Shown one piece after another: positions 46,648 to 59,476 of a stretch of 64,000 nt of DNA; position 1 is the first letter of the stretch; the number at the start of each line of letters is the position of its first letter. The notes beneath the pieces are model-generated. The model saw nothing but the letters and a program-made list of their open reading frames with translations. It searched no databases and was not told the origin of the DNA. The DNA lies in contig JBHGNT010000016.1 in the NCBI GenBank assembly GCA_043228905.1, forward strand, positions 5,642,001 to 5,706,000, in the 5' to 3' direction. This DNA is from Azolla caroliniana (lineage: Eukaryota; Plantae; Polypodiophyta). The translations under genes were made by a program, and so were the position numbers.

Positions 46648-49596
46648 ATGATGGCAATCCTTTCTAGTTGGAGAAAAGCCTACCAAGCTCTCCATGTCTG
46701 CGTTTCCCCTCATTCTCCTTCCTCTGGAGGCGATGGAAGCTTCTTCCCTGAAGACGAGACTCATACAATTTCCCACGATCTGTCTAATTCTGGCGATGGG
46801 ATTAATTCATCCACCATATCAATCCCTGCTTGTTCGATCAGTAATACCTCCATACCTGCGAATCTTCTCTCTCCACGATTTGCTCCCAAAGTGTTCAGCA
46901 TACGCGCCTCCAAATCCTCACTGAGGGTAAGAAAAATCTTTGCTTTTTTTCTTTTCTTTTCTTTGTCTGCAATATGGAGATTCGCCGTGTTTTAATGGCG
47001 GATGCTTGACAATTATCATTTTTCGATTCTGCTCATGGAAATGCTATTAATATGAATCTCTCTGCTACTATTGATCTTCTTCTTCTTCTTCTTCTTCTTC
47101 ATATTCGCTAATCATGACGAGTAGAGCGCCTGTGCGATCTGCTTGGAGACGATGCGACCTGGACATGGACACGCGCTTTTCACAGCAGAATGCTCCCATA
47201 CCTTCCATTTCTCCTGCATTGCTTCGAACGTGAGCTATGGAAACTTGGTGTGCCCTGTGTGTCGGGCTACCTGGAAAGAAGTTCCATGCCAAGCTCTGTT
47301 GCTAAATCGCCATCGCCGTCACGGACATAGCCTTGGCAGCCGAAGCTCCTCCAGTACTTACAGAAACACCACTCCGCATCCGCAGCCTGTTGCTAGTCCA
47401 AATGGTCATGGCTATGGCGAGCTTCCCTCTTTCATTAGAGTGCATGATATACAGCGTCCTCGTCGATATTCACTTAAACCTGTCCTCAGAAGGTTAGATG
47501 AATCCATCGCTCGTTTTCAGGCTGCGCAGGAGACAGAAAAGCAGATAAAAGCAGAAGAAACAGAAGGAGGGAGATACGATGACGATGAAGAGCTTCTCGA
47601 AGGTTCTCTAGATCGCCATCTTGGCGTAGCGATGGCGGACCATCAAGCAAGTTCATCGTTGTTGCCGTCGATGAGAGCAGGAGATGGGAATGGTGGAGAT
47701 GGACGTGGAAGGAAGCCAGCGATGAAAATCACGGCCTTGGCAGAGGAGAGCGAGGTCTGTAGCGATGAAGCCAGAGAAAGCATGGCGATCTTGATCCACC
47801 TCAGAGGCGCAGGGGCGAGAGATGAAGAGAAACAGCTCGCCAAGATACTGCAGGGACGAGGAGGATACGATTCTGGTCAGCCCAGGCGATGGCGAGCTTC
47901 AGCAGTGGACTTGGTGGCTGTGCTGGATGTGAGCAGAAGCATGGAAGGGACGAAGCTTGGACTGCTGAAGCGAGCTATGGCGATGGTGGTGAGGAGCTTG
48001 GGCTGTGCGGATCGTCTGAGCATCGTGAGCTTCTCTGCGAGAGCGAGGAGAGTGATGGCGCTGCGGAGAATGACAGAGGACGGGAAGCGAGTCGCCATGG
48101 AAGCTGTAAATGCGTTGGCCTGCACAGGGGGGACCGCCATAGCTGAAGGTCTGCGTAAAGGTTCAGAGATTTTGAAGCAGAGGCGGTTCAAGAACCCTGT
48201 GGCGACCGTTATGCTCCTGTCCGATGGCCAAGATGGATCCAACTCTCCTACGTCTCGTGCTGATGAAGCTCGAAGATTATCTCGCCATATATCCAAAGGA
48301 AGCTCCGCCATAGCCATGCCATCGCCTATCCACCCTTCTTCTTCTTCTTCTTCTTCTTCCTCCTCGTCTGTTTCTTCTTCTTCTTCCTCAGTTTCCTCTT
48401 CTACCTCTGCAGCTCGTGTCCCGTTTGAAATCCCTGTACACACCTTCAGTTTACAGTCGCAATCAGATCACAGTCCGCCATGCCAATATGGCCGCCATGG
48501 CACGCTGCTACAATCCATCTCTGAAGAATCTGGCGGTTCTTCCTTCACCTTCGACGTGGTCAACTCTCTGCACAGTACGGAAGCGAGCCATGGCGATGGC
48601 GATAGCGATGGCGAGCTTCTTGTTACCAATACCAGCAATAACAGTATGCATGAGCAATCTTTCGCACAAAGCTTGGGTAGCCTGTTGAGCGTGGTGGCAG
48701 TGCAAGTGCAGATCGATGTGAAGGTGAATCCTCACAGCAGCTCTCGTGCAGAGATTCTTGGCGTCGAGATAGGCGAGGAAGGAGCTAATCCTTCGAGTTT
48801 CCATAGCTCGGCAACATCACCATGCCACAGTATCACTGCAGGTCGTCATATCCGAGTAAGCTTAGGAGATCTGTGCGCACATGAAGAGAGGGAGCTTCTT
48901 CTTCATGTTCGCTTACCTGTTATAGCATCAGAACCTGGTAGCACTGATCTGATGATCAACCCTAGAAATGACAGTATGGCGGCGCGGAAAGTAGCTTCCT
49001 CTGGCACCAGCGAAGCTTTAATGGCGGTTTACTGTCGATACACAGATCCTAACACAGGAGCTTCCTTGCAGACGGCTCCCACGCAGGTGCTCCTCCATCG
49101 CAGGCCCTCCTCCCAACTGATGATCGCAGCTAGGAAGAACAACGATACCACGAAAAGCTCTGGTATCCATGCGTGGTCTGATCGGCTGCAGGATCCCGAC
49201 ACAAGCGGGAGTGATGAGATTCATATGTCTGTCAGCGAAGTGGATCGGCACAGGAACAGGCTGCAAGCGGCAAGGGCCATCTCGGAAGCTATGGCTATGG
49301 CGGGCGCCAGGAACATGGCCGGGGCTGTGCACCGCTTGGAGATGACGAGGGAGAAGATACAGAGGTCAGGGGCGATGCTGTCTGCGGCCATGGAAGCGGA
49401 GCTGGAGAGGGTACAGGAAAGCATTTGCAGGGGCAGCCGCAGGCGAATGCAGAGGAGCTCGGTGAACAGCCATATCCACCGCCGCAGAGCAGAAGAAGAA
49501 GAAGAAGAAGAAGAAGAAGAGAGAAGTCGGCCGGGTGCCCGCCTTTCGGGCGGCCACGACGCCTCGGCCCTGCCTGGCCCATCTCGGCTTGGCTAA
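46648..49596 (+). CDS. RING-H2 plus von Willebrand A domain E3 ubiquitin ligase (WAV3/WAVH-like family; 2 exons, ~916 aa)
   Basis: Exon 1 46648-46926 (MMAILSSWRKA...SKSSLR|GTAAGA); exon 2 47125-49596 (tag|SACAICLETM...AECSHTFHFSCI..CPVCR). vWA motifs DLVAVLDVSRSM and MLLSDGQD; C-terminal helical region RNRLQAARAISEA... Confidence 0.9.
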
Positions 49597-49833
49597 AGCT
49601 TCTTCCCGTATGCCTGCCCCCGCCCGTTGCCGGACAAGCTTCCGCTCTGTCCGCCCGCCGCAGAGCAGAAGAAGAAGAAGAAGAAGAAGAAGAAGAAGAG
49701 AGAAGTCGGCCGGGTGCCCGCCTTTCGGGCGGCCACGATGCCTCGGCCCTGCCTGGCCCATCTCGGCTTGGCTAAAGCTTCTTCCCGTATGCCCGCCCCC
49801 GCCCGTTGCCGGACAAGTTTCCGCTCTGTCCGC
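49479..49833. repeat. GC-rich ~177-bp tandem duplication overlapping the RING-vWA stop codon
   Basis: ccgccgcagagca(gaa)n gagagaagtcggccgggtgcccgcc...ccgctctgtccg starts at 49479 and at 49655; copies differ by one GAA unit and a few substitutions. Confidence 0.95.
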
Positions 49834-52728
49834 CCGCCCGCCCGCCCGCCCGGTGGCAGCTTGCCACCACGCTTGTTCTTGCCACTCCGCCCCCGCCCAC
49901 CCGCACAACCTCGCACCTTGTCCTTTTACTTACATTTCTGGTCGTGGACCCATTGTTCGTGAACCCATCGGGTCATGGACTATGCTGTTCGTTCCGACCT
50001 CATCTACACCACCTATAAAGAAAAAGAAGAAGAAGAAAGACGGGCGGGCCTTTGGATCACGTTTCCTTCCATCCTTCGATCTTCTCCCTCTCGGATTCGC
50101 AAATGAGCACTTGATGTTCCATACCCGCCCCGTCTGTCCGGTGATGAGTAACCGCGATCATGTGTGTCCGTCCGGTCTTGTTGGATACTAGGACAGAAAC
50201 TAACTAATGGTGCCGGCCACGTGAGTGAACTCGAGGGCATGGGCCCAGTTCTCTGGTCGCCTCACAAATATAAGCCACCGTGTATAGTATAGCTAGCTAG
50301 CTCCATACATGTGTTACCACTTTTAGGACTTAATTCCGCGAACCCTAACAAATACTGCTGACTGCAAGAACCTTGACCGTTTTTCCGCATGCTCGAAAGG
50401 TTTACTGATCGATTATCCTTTCGGTGTTATGTTCAATTTTCTAGAGCCTTGGTCGTTGTGTTATGTCGAGCTCGGCAAACCTTGATAATCACCCGGGGGA
50501 GCTTGGACTCTGTGTTAAAAGTTATCCCTTGGCACTATTGTCCATGTGAAAGTTGACTATGCTCAATCAACAAGCCAAAACTTGTTGTCATGTTATGCCT
50601 CAATGCAACTATTGTAAGTATGCTAACCCAGCTAACATACCATGGCTCCTCTATCATACGACAAAGCCAACACTACCAAAAGCAATGGTCACCTTTCAGT
50701 AATTTGTTAATTTTATTTCTTAGACATATGTGTAAGAACATATTGTCTTAGTATATTGACCTACACCTCCTAGTGGTGTGATGGTTTGTACATGTATTTC
50801 CTACAATGTCTTTATTACTTCTAATGTGCAAGCTACATTGATTTTGTCATAGCCGCTTTCTTATCCTTTAATATCTTCATGTTTGGAGCACTTCAATTAG
50901 AATATGATGTTCGTGCAACATGAAGGTGCAATAAAGCACCACTTTAGGTCATGCAAAGGTACTACATGAGCCACAAGGTCTCTACTTGACTAGCCTACCA
51001 AGGATAAAGACAGCCTAGAATCAATGCATGCACACAAAATGTGATGCAATAAAGTAAGAGTTGGGATTCACATCAAGCTACACGATGGTTTGAGTTAAAA
51101 AGGCTCACAAGTTGAACCTTTGGATGCATAGCCTTTTGCTGTCAATTCTAGCTTGGTATCCCTCCTACCCTTACGGAAAAATAACCTCCCCATCATGAAG
51201 ACCCTCTTTACATTCCTCGACTATGTCCTAGATGCCACATGACACTATCTTTGAGAAGTAAATCATGCCTTGACTTCAATTTAAATGCAAAGAACAAGAA
51301 GTGTCCACCCACTTGTTTTCACAGCCGTTCCACAATATTTAGGCTTTGTATGGCTTTGTTGGTTCACAACCTCAACGCAATAGGGTGGGGACTCAACCTT
51401 CCGCATTAAATAGTGCATACCTTGATTATAGTGGCGTCAATTTCCATGTGTCCATAGTTTGGAGTGTCATTTTGGGTTTATTTATCCTATGATTTATTGG
51501 TAAAGCTTTTCGACGTGGGATTTGTCTCGTCTTCCCATATAGTTTCAACAGAAGGATCAATAGGTGGGATCATTTAGTTCTCGGGGATGGGGATGCTTAT
51601 GTTGGGGACCTCGATCATGGCCGAATTCTAAATTTCGCTCTCATGTTTTGGTACTTCATCAATCACAAGCAAGTCAAAATTCATGGCAATTTGAAATCCC
51701 TTTATTTGATTCTTTTATACTTTGAAAATATGAACTCATGTTTCCACAAGATTGATAAATGAAACACAAATCTTGAAACAAAATGCATGAGGTATTTTTA
51801 TTGATTGAGAAAATGTTACATCATTGGAAAATTGAATGTAGACTTATGTCCAAAGTCTCAAACCATCAACTTTTAGGGGATGGCCACGCTGCACTATTGC
51901 ATTCATTGCCTTTAGTCGGCTTTTAGATAGAGCGGTGTTCACAATAGTTTTGTTCACACCACAAACATTTCCATAAAGTCTTGGAGTTGCATTGGCAGTC
52001 CTGGTAATCAATCATATTTATCGACATCATAACAAAAGAAACTAGTTCTTTTCAAGCATTGAACATGCTGTATGATGAAGCACATTTTGTGCAATGATTG
52101 CTTTTATCACGGCATCATATCCCATGCCTAGGGAAAATCTATTCCTCCTAGGATTGTGAGTGTATCTACACTTACTAACGTCAAAGGCCGAGTAATATGG
52201 TAAGACATGAACTTTCTTTGTTCAAACACCCAACTTTTTGTGTTGCTCCAAACTTTTTGCCTTGGTATTTGTGTAAAAAAATCTTACCTCATTGTTCGAA
52301 ATAAGGGGCACTTGCATAGAAAGTATAGTATCTCAAGGTATAGAAATCCTAAGGAGAGAAATAATTTTTGTCAAGGCTTAATTCTATATTGGCCATCAAT
52401 TCATGTGTGCAATACACTAAAATACTACTTCTTGCATATCTTGTCTAGATCTTAAGAAAAAGGAACTTAGTACAAGCTCATGAACTGCATGCAATCATGC
52501 AGATGCAATTATTGTATAGCAATGCATAGTTAGTAGTACAATGAAAATGTTTATTGATATTTAAGAATAATAAGGATAAGAACACTAACAATAATGTGGA
52601 ATTGCATTCAAGAACTCAACTAGTGTGCTACAAGTGGAATACCCCTTATACGACAAATTTCTTTGTAAGATATTGAATCTCTTTTCTCACAATCTTGTTT
52701 CTCGGTACTCAGACTTATCATGAAAAGC

Positions 52729-53310
52729 ATCCAAGGACTCACAAATGAGAACAATCAGTGTCATCAAAGAGCATACAAATGAACATGGAACATGAAACCA
52801 AAATTCTAATCTTGTCAACATAATTAAGGAGCTAGAGAACTCCTTACATAACGAGCAATAGCTTAAGAGAAAATTTAGGATCAGACAACATCAATATATC
52901 ACGTCAACTATCCACACCACTTGAACTTCATTCCAAGTTGAAGTTAGATAGGTGACTTGTTATTATTATTTTTGCCTTCATGACTACTTGTCCAAGTTCG
53001 TATGGTTTCCAAAAGCCTTTATCGAGAAAATCATCCAAGGACTCACAAATGAGAACAATCAGTGCAATCAAAGAGCATACAAATGAACATGGAACATGAA
53101 ACCAATTTTCTAAGCTGCTCAACATAATTAAGGAGCTAGAGAACTCCTTACATAACGAGCAATAGCTTAAGAGAAAATTTAGGATTAGACAACATCAATA
53201 CATCAAGTCAACTGGCCACACCACTTGAACTTCATTCCAAGTCCAAGTTAGATAGGTGAATTGGTATTATTATTTTTGCCTTCATGACTACTTGTCCAAG
53301 TTTGTATGGT
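52729..53310. repeat. Tandem duplication, ~304-bp unit
   Basis: atccaaggactcacaaatgagaacaatcagtg...cttcatgactacttgtccaagtt.gtatggt starts at 52729 and at 53033. Confidence 0.95.
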
Positions 53311-55459
53311 CTACTTACACTCAGACAGTCTCATACTTTTCCTTACTACAAAACAACAACAATAATGTATCACTAAAATGTAATGGTATTTATGACTTTT
53401 GAACCAATGATGTAAAGAGGTGATACAACAGATACAATAGTGAAATTCGAGCAACATTTATGAAATCAAAACCTTTTTCGACATTCAAAAATAGTAAATG
53501 AGCTAATATAACAGTGAAATCCTCGTAGCATTTATGAATATCAAACACAATTTGACATTATAGACACTTTAGGGGGTATAAATCAAAGTCGAACCCTTTT
53601 TGCATAGTTACATCTATTATCAGGTTGAGACCTTTGAATGCCACACAATATCGATAGACTTAGCTTGCATGAACTCACTCATCAACCTCTTGAGCTTCAA
53701 GCACATGCAACCTAACATTTGGACCTCAATTATAGTTCCCAAAAACATACAATTAAGTCTTAATAGTTTATGACTATTGGAAAATGTATGCATCCTCACC
53801 TCTATGGTGTAAAACATATTCAAACTTCTTGTAATCAGAACCTAGAAACCAATAAAATGGTAAAGCATGCATGGAGACATTCTTGTCATGTTATTGTGCT
53901 AGTTGACATGGCGTAAGATCACATGAACAAGAAATTGTAGATGCATCACCTAACCATGGATGTATATAGCATGCTAGTTGCTATAAATAGGGGAATTATG
54001 AGAACTGAAGCTGTTATGGGTCTATTAACTATTGTGGTGTATTCGGAAATAGGTCATGACCACTTCTAGCCTATACTAGTCATCTATTGTAAATATGAGT
54101 GTCGTCACCTTTGTAAAAAATAATTGCTTTTACATATTTGAGATTGACATAAAGTCATACATTGACAAACGAAATAGCATACTATGATATTTTTATGCTT
54201 TAAATGTTGTTTGGAGAGCGAAATTAGTAGTCAAGCTTGAAGAAAAGTGACTACTGCTTCCTCCTACAATAATATTAATTATGTCTTTGTTTCTCTTTGT
54301 GAATGTGTATAGATCATGATGATGATAATACAATGCAGAGGAAGAATCCATATCCACCATCGAATTTTGGAGTAAACAATGAAATAATGGTATCCTCTAG
54401 TATTGTAACTTGGTTGTACATACTATTCGTGCAACAATCATGTGAGATCTTTAGATAACTAGGCAAATTTTTTGTTATTGTTATTCAATTGTTGGAAATA
54501 GATTGGGTCTTTAGGCCAAAATTGATTAAATGCGTTTTTTCCGCATCCCCTTATATGGAGGCATTGGTTTGGATGTGAGTAAATTGTGCCATAAACTTTA
54601 GTAGAGATTTACCTATCTAAGTGATGTGGACACTAGATGATTACATGTCATCTTTAATTGGATTGGAAATCAGGCAACAACTTTTTTTAATACAAGAAAG
54701 GGCCTATTGAAATGCCTGCACAAAATTGCTTCATCTAGGAATTTTGAGTTTTAAGACTAAAATATGATGCTTTGAACATTATGGATATCTAAATATTGTG
54801 CCTATCTTTATAAAGTCGTGATGCTTTGTATATTACAATTATATATATGATGCCTCCTAAACAAATCCTCATTGTCTTTACATAAAAAACGTATGTACAA
54901 CTATTGGCAATCACTCTTTCAAGTTTGTGAGCTTCTTGAAACGTCAATGTCACATAGGGAACACTTATGAGCCCCTACCCTTCGATGGTTCATGTCAATC
55001 AATCTATTTCTCCTATTAAAAGAGTATGATCGACGTAAAGTGACAGGTTGGGATTGGATGGGATATCAAAATGAATGGTATCCATTTAAGATCCTCCCAA
55101 TTTGAAAAATATTGCATGAAATCATTGTCAAAAAGCACAATGTGAAAGCATTGTCTTTATAAATCATATAAGAAATGATAGAAAGTCCCCATCTAGACGA
55201 TCTAACAAATAATTGCATGTAGATTCATAATAAGTGTACCGAATTTGTTGATCAAACAAATAAATGCGTTCCGTTTCATGAAACATGTGTCACATTTACT
55301 TAAACAACCCTTAAATGGATGATAACATATGTATTTGATGCCTAAGAAACTCTATACTAATCAATAAAAGAATCGAAGAGAAACAAAGATTGGGCTCGAT
55401 GATTGGTTAATCAAAGGGTGATGAAAGATCTTATGAAATACCATGAAAAGAGCATATGT

Positions 55460-56161
55460 TGTTGGGAGACAGGTCCCTCCGGATGGGAAGGGAGAAGAAT
55501 AGTGCCGATGAACAAACTTGGCCGAGGCCGAAACCGGATGACGAGTACCCGGCTACGGAGAGCCGGATGGTGCAGACCCAGTGAAGACCGGATGACGAGT
55601 ACCCGGCTACGGAGAGTCGGATGGTGCAGACCCGGTGAGAACCGGATGAGGAGTACCCGGCTACGGAGAGCCGGATGGTGCAGACCCGGTGAGGAATGCT
55701 CACCGGATGAAGAGACATATTCGTAAATATGTTTCTAAGAGTCCATCGAGGCTATATTTGTAAATAGCCGAAAAGTCATATTAGTATAAATATGACTTAG
55801 GGCAAACTTTTAGTAACTGTTGTTATTTTCTTGTCTGCGTGAGATCGGAGTGCGTAACTGGGTACAGAGAGAGTGAGAGAGAGGAATAGGTCGTTGCCTC
55901 ACTTGTAACCGCCGCTTGTGGCGAAGATTGTGAGCACGAGGTCGTTGCCTTCGTGAACTCACTGTTGTACATTCTAATATAGTGATAGTTTGCAGCCTGT
56001 GGGCTGCCGTGGTTTTTCCCTTAGTTTGGGTTTTCCACGTAAACATCCTGTGTACTCTTCTCTTCTTCGCATCGTGCTTTCTTTCCTGTTTTTTTTCTGT
56101 GTATGATTCTAAGCTCAGTTGTGGCCGAGCGTTGCGTATAAGGAGCCTTGAGTTCCCGACA
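55460..56161 (+). mobile_element. Solo LTR (702 bp, copia-type) with TSD TATGT and three 54-bp internal repeats
   Basis: Inverted termini TGTTGGGA...TCCCGACA; TATGT at 55455-55459 and 56162-56166; TATA-like TATAAAT at ~55785; motif GTGGTTTTTCCC..GGGTTTTCCACGTAAA seen in plant copia LTRs; 54-bp units at 55533, 55587 and 55641. Confidence 0.92.
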
Positions 56162-59100
56162 TATGTATACGTACAGTCCTTTGAAAGATGGACATTGTTC
56201 ATTGACCTGGACTTATTCTAGAGTTGATTTTGTTCATGAAATGCAACTTTTAGACATTAAGTTTGTACTGATTGCTCCATTCCTAAATTTTATGTGTTTG
56301 GTAGCATGATGATGATGAGAGGATGGACAATAAACACAAAAACAACTACGCAATGTGGAACAAAGGTTGACCAATAGAGTTTCTCCTATGCACGAGAGTG
56401 ATGGAAATCAAGCTCATCACCAATTCTTTGAAGTAACGTAGATTAAAGAATCGAGACATATGTACAAACGTTTAAAACAAGCAGAAAATAGTTGTCACAC
56501 CATAATCTCTTGCTAAAGGAAAATAGATATCCCAGTTTTTGCACTAAGAACATAGTTGTACTAATAATTGCATTACCCTATGGATATGCCACAAAATTAC
56601 AATTAATGATTAGAAAGGAACTAGACATTGGTTTTGTAATTGATTAACTTATCCCCAAAATAACAATTCAACATATGTACAATTCCATGAATTTCCTCGA
56701 GATAGTCATATTTTATGTGATTAAATTTAAAAAGTTCATATTAAGGAGGTGCGGAGGAGATGGATGGTGCATGCTAAATTGATGGTCGTTGGTTTTTATG
56801 TTGTGAGTATTTTATGATTGTTTACATTTTGTGCTCAATGACGAACTTTCTGTTTAGTTGAAATAAGATGAAGAACTTCACTTCAATGCAAATATGAGTA
56901 TGCATAATCCTTTGTTCCATGGTAGCAACTTTTATAGCCCTACATATTAAAATATGTGGTATGTGTGTGTAAATATTTAAGATGTAGCCAATACGCAATT
57001 GTTCTTTCACATGAACCTATTGAACCGATGGTTTGGACTTAATCTTCAACCACCTTAGGCTTATGTGGACCCAAGAGAGCCACGATGTTTAAGATTGATA
57101 TGGTCATTGTAATTTGTCAAGAGGCAAAATGTAGTCTAGAAATGAGAAAAATGTGTGCAAGAAATATATTCTATAGAGCCTTCTGATAATGGGTATCATT
57201 CAAGCTCAGAATTTGTTTTGTTATTTAAAGTTAGAATATGGCACATATGTTAGAGGCATGAACGATTTGCTCTTGTAGAATCAATATAGCCCCTACTATA
57301 ACCATATACTAGTCTTGTGTGACTTGTCATATGTATAGTGAGCTTGTGAAAGAGTTATTATACTTTGTTTGTGGGACATCCTCAAGGAGAACTCCATCTT
57401 TGTGGGTGAGAAAGAGAGAGAGTGGACCATGGTAAGTGATGTAGAGAGAGAGATAGAGGGAGAGAGGCGTAAGAGGGGATTTGGGCTAGATCTCATCTAT
57501 TATGCTACGAAGATGGTAACCACACTATAGGCATTAAATCATGGTTATGGATCACATATCATCTAATGAAATGAATGCAAAGCTCCAAAGGAAAACAACA
57601 ATTTTGATCCCCACATTCAACATGAAGGCAATGCCCATGGTTCGAACTAGAAAGAAACAAGTTGGCTTCATCTTCCCCATTCAAGTACTCACAAATTCAA
57701 AAGAGGTAGAGAAGTAATCAAACAAATTTAACAAGCTCAAAAATTTGTGGTGATATAGTAGGTTCAAACCTTGTGAATATAGAAGCGTTTATACATATTG
57801 GGGAGCCAAATGCATGCATGCAATTTATCACCATTGATCTCAATTAGACACTCTCTTCATATGTGTATTCCTTATTGGATTCTAAACTTGGTAGTAGCAA
57901 CTAAACACAATGGTCACAATATTTGCCAGATTTAATCTAGAACCATATGGCACAAGTTGACAATAGCCATGTAGAAATTATTGGATTTAATCAAAGGCCG
58001 TCTTCCCTCTCAAGAGGATTCATGTATTCTCAAGCCCTAGAAAGCACAATGGAAACAACAAAACCCACTCCAATTTTCATCTTTTGGGAGAGAGTTACTC
58101 TGAACCCTACTCCAACATAAGGAAGTAATCTCATGGGCTTGGTCGTGCCTCACTATTTGGAAAAGAATACCATAAGTTATATTATGCAATTTTGTTGTGT
58201 CTAGGCTTAGAACAATAAATTTAAGATCACAATACCGAAAAAGCATTAACGCTCCCTAAAAAGGACTAGTGGGGTATCTAATTTCATTTCATCTCCCAAC
58301 CTTCACATCTAAGTGTTGGCATTGGCCAAAACAAAGTGCCTTTGTTGTTCTTTTCGATCTCTTCGCTTTCCACCTCCAACAAAATTTCCCTCTACCCCTG
58401 CCATAATCTAGCTTGATATTCTTGTCTAGCCTAGTGTTTTTTTGTTCTTTTCTAAGCTTGAGCCCTATGATATGACGACTGACAAGAGACTTAATGAGTC
58501 ACGTATAGACTCTTTTCCCCAATCATCTTGAATAACTCTAGGATCGCCTACCTTACCATGACTGTTTGACATTATTAGATAGTATAACAAGGAGGTCTTT
58601 GGTTAAAATCGAGGCCACTCTCTTTTAATTGACAACCCATCAAATGTGTGCTCCTAAGTTTTATGCCAACACTAAAGAAATAGGTCTTTCAAGGAGAATC
58701 CATGCCTAATATGTTACGTTTATGAAGATATATATTTCTAGGTTGAAAAGATTATATATGACATTTGATGGGACTAACTAATACACTTTTTTGTTTTGTT
58801 TTTTTTCCATTACAACATGTTCCTAGCTTGAAAGAGATTATACTATGACATTTGATGTGACTAAGTATTAAAGTTTTTCTTTGGCTTCCTTTATTATGAG
58901 TAAAAATGACCTTCAACCTAAACAAAAACCAATAAAACCATAAACTTAATGTATAAGGCTCAAGTAAGCACACACCTAATACTATATCTTAGAAAACGAA
59001 ACAAGATGCATATTATTATGATAGGCATTCGAGTTAAAATGACACAGTGTTTTAAGATTAATGATGATGAGCCAAATGAAAAAATAATGCGAGTGTGACG

Positions 59101-59476
59101 AGTCAAATAATGTAAGCAACACAAATTTCAAGATGAATAACGTAAGCTTAGATCCGAGAAACTAAAAAACAATTATGCATAACACAAACAAAATGTTTAT
59201 ATTTATGTAATCAATTTTGTAAGGTGTTTATAACTTTAGGAAGAATGAAAAAAGGAATTTGCTTGAGCACACTGATCTCTAACAAATTAGGTTAGTACCC
59301 ATGAAGATGAGAAAATGCGTATCCATAATGATTGTTATATTCCCAAGGTCAACCTCTCATATTTATCACAGTTACACAAATTCTCCTATCACCCATGTTT
59401 ATATAACATATTCAAGTTTGAGTTCAGGTAGTTTGAATAATTGTTATCTCCATAGCTACTTATTGACCTTTGTGAA

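Noticed and set aside
47643-50240. Many overlapping ORFs in and after the RING-vWA gene
   Set aside because: Result of high GC content, (GAA)n/(TCT)n tracts and the tandem repeat.
55533-55694. Regularly spaced repeats resembling a CRISPR array; ORF 55403-55726
   Set aside because: Head-to-tail 54-bp units without unique spacers, inside a TSD-flanked LTR in a eukaryote; no cas genes. The ORF only reflects a unit length divisible by 3.
56822-57010. ORF with faint resemblance to copia RNase H (AIKVA..IEVKFF)
   Set aside because: Too degenerate, and no flanking retroelement domains recognised.
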